DNA of 62,912 bases, filler included. It is 3 parts of 3 records of this genome, joined end to end, with 100 filler letters (N's around TTAATTAATTAA, not from the genome) between each part and the next. Parts side by side here need not be neighbours in the genome. Positions count along the whole stretch, not along the records: positions 1 to 21,527 come from SRR31156797_12675; 2 more parts are not named here. One strand, 5' to 3'. This document shows positions 10,306 to 20,381 of this stretch, piece by piece. Position numbers and translations under genes: made by a program. How positions within the stretch are numbered: position 1 is the stretch's first letter; every line of letters begins with the position of its first letter. The notes below the pieces were generated by a model. That model was not told the origin of the DNA and searched no databases. It saw only the letters and a program-made list of their open reading frames with translations.

Positions 10306-10494
10306 TTATGCAGCTTTTTTTACTGCTTTTTTAGCGATCACTTTAGCTTTTTTTACTTTTTTTGGTGCTTCTTTTTTTAATGTTTTAGTAACTTTTCCTA
10401 AAACTTTTTTTACTTTTTTCTTTTTAACGTCAGCTTTGTTTACTGCTTTTTTTGCAACTTTTGCTAATTCTTTTTTCTTTAATACTTTTGCCAT
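10306..10494 (-). CDS. Small Lys/Ala/Val-rich histone H1-like basic protein
   Basis: 62 aa with 27 Lys; AKKAV repeated; AAAAGGG RBS-like sequence upstream. Confidence 0.7.
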   Translation of the reverse strand: MAKVLKKKELAKVAKKAVNKADVKKKKVKKVLGKVTKTLKKEAPKKVKKAKVIAKKAVKKAA

Positions 10495-10606
10495 GTGTGA
10501 CCCTTTTAATAATTTTAAATTTTTATTACATATAGTAATAAATTATTACCATTGTGACATCATTACCATTAATTTTTCCTTAAATATATAAAATAGTAAT
10601 AAAATA

Positions 10607-10615
10607 TGCTATAAT
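10607..10615 (+). promoter_or_regulatory. Putative extended -10 promoter (TGCTATAAT)
   Basis: TGnTATAAT 30 nt upstream of ATG 10646. Confidence 0.55.
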
Positions 10616-10645
10616 ACTTTCAAAAAATTATTATTACGGACTATT

Positions 10646-10906
10646 ATGACTTTTATTGAATTTAAAAAACAACTTTTAGACGCAGAGATCTCTTTACCAA
10701 AGTTTAGTAAACTGATCAAAGTAAGTGAAAAAAACTTACAATCGTATAAGAAAAAAGGTGATGTACCAAATGCAATTGCAGTAATTGCAGTATGTTTTTC
10801 AACAATGCATCAAAATGGCATCGATTATAGAGAGGTAATTGAAGATCTAGAGCTCACAGCAAAAACAAAAGTTGGGGCTGGTTTTTCTAAGAAAAAGAAA
10901 GACTAA
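10646..10906 (+). CDS. Small XRE-like helix-turn-helix protein
   Basis: ISLPKFSKLIKVSEKNLQSYKK resembles an HTH; basic C-terminal tail. Confidence 0.6.
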   Translation: MTFIEFKKQLLDAEISLPKFSKLIKVSEKNLQSYKKKGDVPNAIAVIAVCFSTMHQNGIDYREVIEDLELTAKTKVGAGFSKKKKD

Positions 10907-12741
10907 ATCAACTCAACAGATTTTAAATACCCTATAATTTTTTTAACACTCTTTTCAAGTGCTAAAGACTGAATAGTAATTTGAGGATTTAAGGGAGTTT
11001 CATAAGGGGAATCTACCCCTGTAAAATCTTTTATAATCCCTTTTTCTGCCTTTTCATATAATCCTTTTGTATCTCTTGATTTACACACTTCTAAAGGTGT
11101 ATCAATAAATATTTCTATAAATTCATGCTCACCAACTAAACTTCTAGCAAAACTTCTCTCTTTTTCAAAAGGAGAAATAAAAGCAGCAATTACAATCAGA
11201 CCAGCATCTACCATTAAAGACGCAATATGAGCTACTCTTCGTATATTCTCTTCTCTATCTTCTAACGAAAAAGCTAAATCTGAATTGAGACCATTTCTAA
11301 GATTATCTCCATCTAATAAATATGTTTTTAAGCCATAAGAATATAACTCTTTTTCTATCTCATTGGCTAAAGTAGACTTACCACTTCCACTGAGTCCTGT
11401 AAACCAAAGTACAAAAGGTTTTTGATTGAGATTTTTTTCTCGAAGCTTTTTTGTGATGGTGTGATTATATTTAAATATATGTTTTTTTTGAGAATAGAGT
11501 TTGGTAATAATCCCCACAGCAGCTGTTTTATTTGAATATTTATCTATCAAAATAAAACTTCCCATAGTTTGACACGTCTTAAATACAGTAAGGGGTATTG
11601 GATAATCTACTTCACATCTTATTTTAACAATATCATTTAACTCAATCGTCTTGCAATCAGTATCTGTAAAGTCAATCATATTTATGATAGTTTCAATAAA
11701 TACTTTGGTATTTACATTTTTTGTTGCTATTTTAAGCTCATACTCTTTTGTTTTAATATATGGTTCTTCATCCATATAAACTATTGTAGCCTCAAAACTA
11801 TTGGTAAGTTCTATCTTTGAACTTTCAGGAACTAAGATATCTCCTCTATTAATATCAAGCTGATCACTTAACAATACTGTTAAAGCCTCTCCTTGAACAA
11901 CTGTATCAACTCTCTTTTTATCATAAATAAGCTCTTTAACTGTTGATACTTTACAAGAAGGTAATAGTTTTATTTTCTCATTAATAGAAATATGTGAATT
12001 CACCAAAGTTCCACAGTATCCTCGAAATGAAGAGTTATCACGATTGATATATTGAATAGGAAAAATAAAATCAGTCAATTGTGTTTTTGGAGCTACTTTA
12101 AAATTTTCTAAAAAATGGAGTAAGGTACCTTTTGTATACCATTTCATTTTATTTGATAAAAAGGTTATATTTTCACCATGTAATGCGGAGATAGGAATAA
12201 AATCTAATTGTGTTAAATTATTAATAGAACAAAGATCAAATAAAGTTTTAAACTCATCAACAATATCTAGATATTTACTTTTTTGATAATTGACCAAGTC
12301 CATTTTATTAATTGCTACGATTATATTTTTAATACCAAATAAAGTACAAATGAAGAAATGTCTTTTTGTTTGTATTGTAATCCCTTTAGTAGCATCTATA
12401 AGTATAATAGCCATATCACTATTACTTGCAGCAGTTATCATATTTCTTGTATACTGTTCATGTCCTGGAGTATCAGCAATAATAAACTTTTTATTTTTTG
12501 TATCAAAATATTTGTATGCAATATCTATAGTGATCCCTTGGTTCCTCTCACTTAATAGTCCATCAGTGAGTAAAGAGTAATCAATAACTCCTTTTTGGGT
12601 TCCCAATCTAAAATCATTGTGAAATGATTCTAGAGTATCAGTATATAAAGAGTTTGTATCGTAAAGAAGCCTTCCTATTAAAGTACTCTTCCCATCATCA
12701 ACAGAACCACAAGTAAGAAATGTCAAAATAGAGTTTTCCAT
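10903..12741 (-). CDS. cysNC: Bifunctional sulfate adenylyltransferase subunit 1 / adenylylsulfate kinase (CysN/CysC, NodQ-like)
   Basis: GSVDDGKST, GITID, DTPGH, NKMD GTPase motifs; C-terminal WFTGLSGSGKST, LDGDNLR, KGLY APS-kinase motifs. Confidence 0.95.
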   Translation of the reverse strand: MENSILTFLTCGSVDDGKSTLIGRLLYDTNSLYTDTLESFHNDFRLGTQKGVIDYSLLTDGLLSERNQGITIDIAYKYFDTKNKKFIIADTPGHEQYTRNMITAASNSDMAIILIDATKGITIQTKRHFFICTLFGIKNIIVAINKMDLVNYQKSKYLDIVDEFKTLFDLCSINNLTQLDFIPISALHGENITFLSNKMKWYTKGTLLHFLENFKVAPKTQLTDFIFPIQYINRDNSSFRGYCGTLVNSHISINEKIKLLPSCKVSTVKELIYDKKRVDTVVQGEALTVLLSDQLDINRGDILVPESSKIELTNSFEATIVYMDEEPYIKTKEYELKIATKNVNTKVFIETIINMIDFTDTDCKTIELNDIVKIRCEVDYPIPLTVFKTCQTMGSFILIDKYSNKTAAVGIITKLYSQKKHIFKYNHTITKKLREKNLNQKPFVLWFTGLSGSGKSTLANEIEKELYSYGLKTYLLDGDNLRNGLNSDLAFSLEDREENIRRVAHIASLMVDAGLIVIAAFISPFEKERSFARSLVGEHEFIEIFIDTPLEVCKSRDTKGLYEKAEKGIIKDFTGVDSPYETPLNPQITIQSLALEKSVKKIIGYLKSVELI

Positions 12742-13637
12742 TAAAAATACCCTTGCAACTTTTTCTTTTCCATAGAACCTACTTGATCTTTATCTATTGC
12801 TCTACCACTCCGTTCACTTGTAGTTGCATTATTCATTTCATACACTATTTTTTCTAAAGTATCTGCTTGTGATTCTATTGCTCCTGTTAAAGGATAACAT
12901 CCAAGTGTTCTAAATCTCACCATTTGTTTTTTAATCTTATCTCTAAACTCTACTGGGACTCTCTCATCATCAGCTAATATGGTCATCCCATCATATTCAA
13001 AAACATCTCTTTGCCTTGCAAAATATAACGATACTATAGGTATCTTTTCATGTTCTATATAACTCCATATATCTTTTTCTGTCCAATTAGAAAGGGGGAA
13101 AACTCTAAAAGATTCATCTTTATTTAGATTTGTATTAAATAGATTAAATGGCTCTGGTCTTTGATTTTTTGGATCCCAAGCGTGTGAGCTATCTCTATGT
13201 GAAAATATCCTCTCTTTTGCTCTGCTTGCCTCCTCATCTCTTCTTGCTCCTCCAAATATAACATCAAACCCATACTGATCTAAAACTTGCTTTAAAGCTT
13301 TGGTTTTCATAATATCTGTATGAATCTTACTTCCATGTTTAAAAGGGGAAATATCTATATCTATCCCCTCTTGATTAAAATGGATAATAAGATCCATTCC
13401 AACCTCTTTGGCTCTTTTATCACGAAACTCTATCATCTCTTTAAACTTCCACAAAGTATCTACATGAACTAAAGGGAAAGGTGGGGTTACAGGATAAAAT
13501 GCTTTTAACGCCAAATGAAGCATTACAGAACTATCTTTTCCTATACTATAAAGCATAGCTGGATTTTGAGATGTGGCTACTGCTTCTCTTATGATGTGAA
13601 TTGATTGATTTTCTAATTGTTTAAGATGTTTATTCAT
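12741..13637 (-). CDS. cysD: Sulfate adenylyltransferase subunit 2
   Basis: [41 protein letters not shown]-terminal KKLQGYF; stop overlaps cysN start. Confidence 0.96.
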   Translation of the reverse strand: MNKHLKQLENQSIHIIREAVATSQNPAMLYSIGKDSSVMLHLALKAFYPVTPPFPLVHVDTLWKFKEMIEFRDKRAKEVGMDLIIHFNQEGIDIDISPFKHGSKIHTDIMKTKALKQVLDQYGFDVIFGGARRDEEASRAKERIFSHRDSSHAWDPKNQRPEPFNLFNTNLNKDESFRVFPLSNWTEKDIWSYIEHEKIPIVSLYFARQRDVFEYDGMTILADDERVPVEFRDKIKKQMVRFRTLGCYPLTGAIESQADTLEKIVYEMNNATTSERSGRAIDKDQVGSMEKKKLQGYF

Positions 13638-13695
13638 TACTTGCCATTACGTATCTAATTATATTAAATAAAGGGAATCAATTCCCCTAAAAATA

Positions 13696-14061
13696 TTATT
13701 GTCTAATAATATTAGCACTCCCAGAACTATCAGGATCTAAACAAACCCTCTTAGTTCCCTCACTATCATGATAAGTGATAATACTAGGAGTCCCCTCAAC
13801 TATTGTAATGGTATCTCCACTTTGTAATGGGATATACGTTGTTACATCTTCTGCATCTGTGCAATAAACATCTATAGGAATAATATTTTGTGATGTTGTA
13901 TCATCATCTGTATTATCTCCATCATCAACAGGATCTTCTGTATTTGGATCATCGGTAGTGGAATCACCACCACCTCCACCACCACAAGCACTTAAACTTA
14001 TGATTAAAAGAGTAAAGAAAAATACTCTTCTTATATTGAATTTATGAAATAGTGTATCCAT
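13696..14061 (-). CDS. Small lipoprotein with acidic linker and two-Cys C-terminal domain
   Basis: Hydrophobic signal + lipobox LSAC, then GGGGGG and a D/T-rich spacer; GGAG RBS overlapping the upstream gene's stop region. Confidence 0.8.
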   Translation of the reverse strand: MDTLFHKFNIRRVFFFTLLIISLSACGGGGGGDSTTDDPNTEDPVDDGDNTDDDTTSQNIIPIDVYCTDAEDVTTYIPLQSGDTITIVEGTPSIITYHDSEGTKRVCLDPDSSGSANIIRQ

Positions 14062-14072
14062 TCTTTTTCTCC

Positions 14073-17000
14073 TTACTCTACGATCATATCACCAGTTAAT
14101 GGTGTCTTTGTTTTTATATATAATACATTATCTATCATCTCTATCTCTACCTCATTCCCTAATGGATAAGGAGTAGTCTCTTTCATAGTATTTCCTATTA
14201 CCTCTACTACTTCATCAGTAGTTTTATCTACTTTTACAAATCGTGTAATACTCTCCCCATTCGCTTTAGTGACAACTTGTACTTTTATATAATACTCATC
14301 TCCATTATCCATTTCACCAGCTGTTGTTGTAACTGCTCCATTTGAATTAATAACAGTTCTAGAACCTCTTATATTTGAAGTAGCACGTGATCTTTGTCCT
14401 CCTAATGTTACAGTATGGGTTGCACTTCCATCTTCATGTGCTTGCACTTCTATATTTGCATCACCAAATACTAAAGAGGTAACAACTTGTAAAAGACCAT
14501 TAACTCTATCTATTTGTGTTGTAGCACCCGAAGCTTCTGAACTTGCTCTTGTAACTTGTCCATCACTATAAGTAAAGGTATGTACCACTTCCCCTGTTGC
14601 TTGTACATCTGCTTGGGCTTTTATTCCAAGGTTTAGATCTTCAAAGATAAGATATAGAATATTCTCTAATATCTGTACTTGGGCATCACTTAGAGTTGAA
14701 GTTGCTTTAGAGGTTGTATCTCCTGCAGAAATGGTTGTAACCTTTTGTCCATCTTGTTCTTCAGTTTTAATAACAAGTCCATCTTCAAAGGAAATAGTAA
14801 CTACTTTTACCCCATTCTCTTCAGCAACTGTTATAGTTCCCTCCTCTTCTATATCATCACCTTTTTCTAAAAGAAGCACTTGTACTTCAAACGAAGTTGT
14901 ATCACTATACTCTCCATCTGTTGCATTAATAGTAACTGTAGTTGTTCCACTTACAGCTTCATCAGAGGAAGTGATTATTAGCTTATTATCTTCTATACTA
15001 TAGTTTAGAAGGTCTGGGTTAGAAAGACTTACATCATATTTTATCTCTTCATTATCTACATTAGAAGTAAGTAATGGAATCTGTTTTTCACTAAAGTTTT
15101 TATAATAAATCTGATTAGAAACCCCTTCTAAGCTAAAGTTATCATTAACTGGATCAATATTTACATTCAATGATTTTGAACTGCTTAATCCGCTTGCGTC
15201 AGTTACATTTATTGTAACTGATGCACTTCCATTTCCATTAGCTACTGGTCTTAGATCAAAGCTTAAGCTATTTCCATAATCTGCACTTGTGAGTGGGTTT
15301 GTCCAATTAGCTATTACACTCACTATATTTGGGTTATTTGATCCTATAGAAACATTCAAGTTCTCATATTCTGGGTCTACTACACTAAAGGTGTATGATG
15401 CCAAGGAGTCATCTTCTGTAAAGTAGATATTCTCTTGATTTAGATAAATACTAGGTTCATCATTCACTGCTGTAATGGTAATGTTTAAAGAGGCACTATT
15501 AGAATAGCTTTTTGAATCATTTGATTCATAACTAAAACTATCAGCTCCATTTACCTGTGCATTTGGAACATATATTAAACTACCAATATCAGCACTACTA
15601 ATCTCTTGATTAAGAGTTATTGCTACACCATTTAAGTATATTGTCCCTTTAGTTCCTAAAGCGCTAAATCTTATCTTATCTAAACTATCGCCACTATCTG
15701 CATCACTAAAAGCATCAGTAAAGTTTGTAAGGGTAAGGGTAAGGTTTGTATCTTCTGTAGTAGTTAAAGAGATATCAGTTATCACTGGTGCTACATTATC
15801 ATTATCTGTAGTAGTTACAGTGAGTGTTTGATCAGCTAATGGATCAAAGCTATCATCACTACTTCCATCATTAACACTCATGGTAATTGTACTCTCTATA
15901 TCTCCATCTGTATCTGCATCATCTACTCCTATGATAGTTACTGTTTGAGGAGTATCCCAGTTCCCATTTGTAAAGGTTAAGCTTGCTTTATCTACTGTAG
16001 CTTCGCTTGTATCACCACTTGTTACATTTATTACCACATTAGAGACTGGCTGTGCATCTAATACTACTGTAAATGTATCTGTTGTAGCATCTTCACTTAC
16101 ACTTGCTGTGGTTTTAGAGATACTAAAGCCTGGGGTATCGTTATCTGTTGTAGTTACAGTTACGGTTTGATCTGTTAATGCATCATAATCATTATCATTA
16201 GTTGATCCATCATTTACTGTTAAAGTAACTGTTGCATTTTGATCTCCATCTACTATAGTATCATCTGCTCCTGTTATAGTTACTGTCTGGGCTACATTCC
16301 AATTCCCTGTTGTAAAGGTTAGGCTTGCTTTATCTACTGTTGCTTCACCTGTATCATCTGAGCTTAGATCTATTACTACATCCCCTGCTGGTAGAGTATT
16401 AAGAACTACTGTAAAGGTATCTGTTGTAGCTGATTCATCTACACTTGCTGTGGTTTTACTTAGAGTAAATCCTGGTCCATCATCATCTGTAATAGTTACT
16501 GTTTCACTTTGTGTTCCTGATTCAGTTCCTCCACTTACACTATCTATATCAACAATAATTGTTTCAGCACCTTCATAAGAAGCATCATCTACTCCTGTTA
16601 CTACTGCTGTTCCTGTAGTTGATCCTGCGTTAATTACGATACTTGTTGAGCTTAGGGTATAATCACTTGTATCTGTTGCTGTTCCACTTTTAGCTAAGTT
16701 TACAGTTACTGCACTTCCACTTATTCCACTTAGGGTTGCAGTAAGGGTTGATGTTCCACCATTTTCTGCTAAGGTTGCATCACTAGCACTTAGAGTTACA
16801 CTAGGTGCTACTGTTGTAAAGTTCCATGATGATGTATCACTTATCCCTGCATAGCTATTCCCTACACTATCATCTATTGCTGTAGGTGCTATTTGGAGAT
16901 AGTATCCTTGGTTATATATAAGATCACTATTTGGATTTATTGTGAGAGTATTTGTTGCAACACTTATCGTTCCACCTGCATCACCATTTCCTGTAGCTGC

Positions 17001-19781
17001 ATTAAAACTCTCTACTGCTACTCCACCTGTTTTATAAAGAATTATATTTCCGCTTCCTAGGGCTACATTCTCATCAAATGTTATGCTTAGGTTACTATTT
17101 ACTGCTATATCTGTTGCTCCATCTGCTGGGCTTGATGAGGATTTACTTGGAGATGTTGTATCTATAACCAAAGCTTTATTAGCACCAAGCGAGTTTGCTG
17201 CTCCTGGACTTGCCAATGTTAAAGTTGCTGCATTCCCTGCTCCATCATTTATAGTCCCTCCATTAAGCGCAAGAGCACTAGTTGCCGTATAATCAAGATC
17301 TGCTGACGTATCTCCTGTTTGTACCGTATAATTAAATGTAAGGGTTGTTCCTCCACTACCACTTGAATAGTTTACTGTTCTATCGGTTGTCCCTGTTTCT
17401 AAAGTAAGTTGAGGAGTTCCCGTTACCGTTACTGCTTCACTGAACGTAACTGTTACTGCTACCGTATCTCCTGCTTTATATGTCCCATTTGCCGTTGTTG
17501 AGCTTACGCTTGATACTGTTGGTACTATAGAATCAACTAGAATAGATGCTGTTGAACCTACACTATTTAAAGTCAGATCAAGATCATTTCCCGCTCCATC
17601 TTTTAAGCTTCCACTATTAAGATCTAGTGAGTTTACACTTATACCATTACTATCATCTAATCCTGATTCAACACTATAGGTAAATACTAAAGCTTGTCCA
17701 CCTGATCCGCTTGCATAGTTTGCATACTTAGTAGTACCTCCTATATCTAAAACTAATCTTGGTGTTCCTGTTACTATCACATTCTCATCGGTATTTACTG
17801 TAAAGCTTAGGCTATCACTTTGCACATACGTGCCATTTGTGGGTACACTTATACTATTTATTGTTGGAACATCAGTGTCAACTGTATGGGTCGAACCACT
17901 AGTAAATGCTGCTACATATCCATTAGTACCATTTCCATTTCCACTTCCATCAGTAATATCTGTATTGGCATTTAGATCTAATCGTAAAGTTCCTGTTCCT
18001 GTTATACTGTTAACCGTCACATCAATAGTTGTTCCACTTGCAGCTGAAACTGAAGCTATTGTTCCACTTGCTGTTCCTGTTGTAGTTAGTTGGAAATCAT
18101 CTGTTGAAACATTGTTTGCACCTTCATCGAAAGTTACTCTAAAAGCCATACTTGTTACATTTGTTGCAGGACTTCCTGTTGGGGCTATACTTTGAACTAC
18201 TGGTGGGGTTGTATCTGGTACTGGTACCTGTAAATCATTTAAAACAAAATCATCAATTTGTAAACACTCAAAAGCTCCATGAGAGGTTTCAGTAATATAT
18301 AGTTTTGATACTCCTGTACCAAGTGAAGTTAAAGTCACATCATGATAATAATTACTTGCTTGATCCCAATTTAATGTATTTGAGTAAACAAATTGCCCAG
18401 TATCTGATGTAATTTTAAATTTATCTGATGCATAATCATCATTTTTACATTTATATACACGTATTGACTGAGGAGAAAAGGTTTCATTATTACTAAAACT
18501 AAGAGTTATTTTACTTTCATTTTGGGCTGCACCAGTATTATTGTTAGATACTTGTGCATAAGAGACAAGATGATAATAGTTTGCTCCCCACCCATAGTGT
18601 TCTATTCCATATCTTTCTCCATCTCCAATTAAAACATAATTTTTAGAACCACTTTCATAAGATTCTGAATTTACAACTGATGTTCCTCCAGCATTATAAT
18701 AAGATTCTCCAGCAACTTTTGGTGCTATACTAAAATCAATTGTTCCAGACCATGCAAGAAGATGGGAAAATAAACTTCTATTATGATTAAAAACCTCATT
18801 TACAGTGACAGTACCAATAGTAACTTCAAGATCCCAATCAGCACCTTTATTACTATTACCTGTGAAGTTAAGTGAAGCTGCAATATCAGCAGAGGTATAT
18901 TTAGCTAAAGTAGAGATAAACTCTTTACCCTTCTCACCTTGAGCTACATTACATCCAAATAGATTTATATCTCCATCACGTGAAAGATAACTCCCAAGCT
19001 CTTCCCATTTTACTTTATTAAGTTCTAAAGATTCTTTTGAGATTGTTTTATCTGAAATATGAAGCTGTCCACTTGAACCATGAGAGATGATATTTAGAGC
19101 TTCTACACTTTTAAGTCTTTTTAACTCTACAAGAATTGAATCTAATGCATTATCATCTTTTTTTAGAAGAAGAATTGAGCCCTCTTTTACACTTTTTGCT
19201 AAAGTTTGCCAATCATCTATTGTAGTATCTATTACTGTTAAAGAGTTTGGATGGGTATTTGGTGTATATGCTACATCTGAATCATCATCTAAAAGTACTG
19301 AGTTTGAAGAGAGTAATGCATAATCATTTGATAAAGGTTTATCCACTTTAAAATATAAAGATGTAGTTTCTATAGAGTTTTTCTCTACAGCTTTTTGCTC
19401 TTTTTGTAAAGCTTGATTTGAGCTATCATCATCTATCTCTACGCTACTATAGTTTGTTTGAGTTTTTACTATAGGTGAAATATCTATACTTGCCTCAGCT
19501 GGTGGTGCTTGAAACAAAGATAGAGCTGTTGCAAAAGTTAAAGAAGCTGCTATATTTTTAAACCACTTTACTTTTCCAAAAGCTTTTCTAAGTCGTTTTA
19601 CTCTTTTTTTGTCTATCTTATCACCATTTTTCACCTGTTTCTTATCAAGCTGTTCTAAAACAGAACCTATTGCTCTTTTTTTTGTACGTGTATCCAATAA
19701 GTTATCATCTACTCTATATTTTTGAAATAGAGTTGAATAATAACTCATAATATTTTGATCTTTTTTATAGTTCATATACAT
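14073..19781 (-). CDS. Giant (1902 aa) secreted/surface protein: DUF4347 domain, Ig-like, Calx-beta-like and cadherin-like domains
   Basis: DUF4347 motifs IISHGSSG, INLFGCNVAQGEKG, ADIAASLNFTG...DWDLE; T/S/D/G-rich beta-sandwich repeats; VNDEP cadherin-like linkers; AAGGAG RBS. Confidence 0.85.
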   Translation of the reverse strand: MYMNYKKDQNIMSYYSTLFQKYRVDDNLLDTRTKKRAIGSVLEQLDKKQVKNGDKIDKKRVKRLRKAFGKVKWFKNIAASLTFATALSLFQAPPAEASIDISPIVKTQTNYSSVEIDDDSSNQALQKEQKAVEKNSIETTSLYFKVDKPLSNDYALLSSNSVLLDDDSDVAYTPNTHPNSLTVIDTTIDDWQTLAKSVKEGSILLLKKDDNALDSILVELKRLKSVEALNIISHGSSGQLHISDKTISKESLELNKVKWEELGSYLSRDGDINLFGCNVAQGEKGKEFISTLAKYTSADIAASLNFTGNSNKGADWDLEVTIGTVTVNEVFNHNRSLFSHLLAWSGTIDFSIAPKVAGESYYNAGGTSVVNSESYESGSKNYVLIGDGERYGIEHYGWGANYYHLVSYAQVSNNNTGAAQNESKITLSFSNNETFSPQSIRVYKCKNDDYASDKFKITSDTGQFVYSNTLNWDQASNYYHDVTLTSLGTGVSKLYITETSHGAFECLQIDDFVLNDLQVPVPDTTPPVVQSIAPTGSPATNVTSMAFRVTFDEGANNVSTDDFQLTTTGTASGTIASVSAASGTTIDVTVNSITGTGTLRLDLNANTDITDGSGNGNGTNGYVAAFTSGSTHTVDTDVPTINSISVPTNGTYVQSDSLSFTVNTDENVIVTGTPRLVLDIGGTTKYANYASGSGGQALVFTYSVESGLDDSNGISVNSLDLNSGSLKDGAGNDLDLTLNSVGSTASILVDSIVPTVSSVSSTTANGTYKAGDTVAVTVTFSEAVTVTGTPQLTLETGTTDRTVNYSSGSGGTTLTFNYTVQTGDTSADLDYTATSALALNGGTINDGAGNAATLTLASPGAANSLGANKALVIDTTSPSKSSSSPADGATDIAVNSNLSITFDENVALGSGNIILYKTGGVAVESFNAATGNGDAGGTISVATNTLTINPNSDLIYNQGYYLQIAPTAIDDSVGNSYAGISDTSSWNFTTVAPSVTLSASDATLAENGGTSTLTATLSGISGSAVTVNLAKSGTATDTSDYTLSSTSIVINAGSTTGTAVVTGVDDASYEGAETIIVDIDSVSGGTESGTQSETVTITDDDGPGFTLSKTTASVDESATTDTFTVVLNTLPAGDVVIDLSSDDTGEATVDKASLTFTTGNWNVAQTVTITGADDTIVDGDQNATVTLTVNDGSTNDNDYDALTDQTVTVTTTDNDTPGFSISKTTASVSEDATTDTFTVVLDAQPVSNVVINVTSGDTSEATVDKASLTFTNGNWDTPQTVTIIGVDDADTDGDIESTITMSVNDGSSDDSFDPLADQTLTVTTTDNDNVAPVITDISLTTTEDTNLTLTLTNFTDAFSDADSGDSLDKIRFSALGTKGTIYLNGVAITLNQEISSADIGSLIYVPNAQVNGADSFSYESNDSKSYSNSASLNITITAVNDEPSIYLNQENIYFTEDDSLASYTFSVVDPEYENLNVSIGSNNPNIVSVIANWTNPLTSADYGNSLSFDLRPVANGNGSASVTINVTDASGLSSSKSLNVNIDPVNDNFSLEGVSNQIYYKNFSEKQIPLLTSNVDNEEIKYDVSLSNPDLLNYSIEDNKLIITSSDEAVSGTTTVTINATDGEYSDTTSFEVQVLLLEKGDDIEEEGTITVAEENGVKVVTISFEDGLVIKTEEQDGQKVTTISAGDTTSKATSTLSDAQVQILENILYLIFEDLNLGIKAQADVQATGEVVHTFTYSDGQVTRASSEASGATTQIDRVNGLLQVVTSLVFGDANIEVQAHEDGSATHTVTLGGQRSRATSNIRGSRTVINSNGAVTTTAGEMDNGDEYYIKVQVVTKANGESITRFVKVDKTTDEVVEVIGNTMKETTPYPLGNEVEIEMIDNVLYIKTKTPLTGDMIVE
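15795..16472 (-). repeat. Two tandem 342-bp (114-aa) Calx-beta-like repeats within the giant protein
   Basis: GF.lSKTTASV.E.ATTDTFTVVL...EATVDKASLTFT.GNW...QTVTI...DQT.TVTTTDND occurs twice (units start at 16472 and 16130). Confidence 0.85.
17155..17875 (-). repeat. Two tandem diverged Ig-like repeats within the giant protein (approximate boundaries)
   Basis: VPT..S.S...NGTY....VTGTP.L.L..G.T...NY.SGSGG..L.F.Y.V..G...L.LN.G...DGAGN occurs twice. Confidence 0.75.
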
Positions 19782-19797
19782 ATCTCCTTTATAGTTT

Positions 19798-20379
19798 TTA
19801 ATCTTTGTTTTCTATTGTTCTTTTAAATTTGATCACTCCTAAATTTATCTCGAATTCATCCTTTACCTTTTTTACATTTTTATCTAGTTGCTTTTCTTCA
19901 ATAATATCTGCTTCTATTACCTCATTTAACAATTGATTAGAATTTTTTATTAATTCTTTTTGTTTTACTTCATCATCAATTTCTTTAACAATTGTTTGTA
20001 GATTCTTAGATATTTGTCTTAATTTAGCAAATGTTTCTACGATATGAAAATGAACTTGTTTTGCTTTATCACTTTTTGTAAGGATAGTTGCTAACATATA
20101 AAGTCCCTTTTCAGTATAAACATATGGCTTATAACGTACACCACCATGAGTATTAGAACTTGAGGTGTCTTCTATGCACTTCAAGTTTTGCCACTGTTTA
20201 TCCGTAAGTTGAAATCTATAATCTTCAGGAAACAAATCCTTATATTTTCCAACCATTCTATTAAGGTGTTTCACTTCTACTTCATATAAATCTGCAACAT
20301 CTTTTGCTAACAAAACAAGTTGACCATCAATATTAATCAATTTTTTTTCCAAATTTTCAATCTCAATAATACTGCTCAT
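19798..20379 (-). CDS. ORF6N-domain (phage antirepressor-like) protein
   Basis: VLLAKDVADLYEVE, FPEDYRFQLT, HGGVRYKPYVYTEKGLYMLATIL motifs. Confidence 0.85.
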   Translation of the reverse strand: MSSIIEIENLEKKLINIDGQLVLLAKDVADLYEVEVKHLNRMVGKYKDLFPEDYRFQLTDKQWQNLKCIEDTSSSNTHGGVRYKPYVYTEKGLYMLATILTKSDKAKQVHFHIVETFAKLRQISKNLQTIVKEIDDEVKQKELIKNSNQLLNEVIEADIIEEKQLDKNVKKVKDEFEINLGVIKFKRTIENKD

Positions 20380-20381
20380 TT

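Noticed and set aside
15795-16472. Direct DNA repeats as a possible CRISPR array or DGR template/variable repeat pair
   Set aside because: In-frame 342-bp protein-domain duplication; no spacers, cas genes or reverse transcriptase; differences not confined to adenines
19798-20379. ORF6N gene as evidence of a prophage
   Set aside because: No integrase, structural or replication genes nearby
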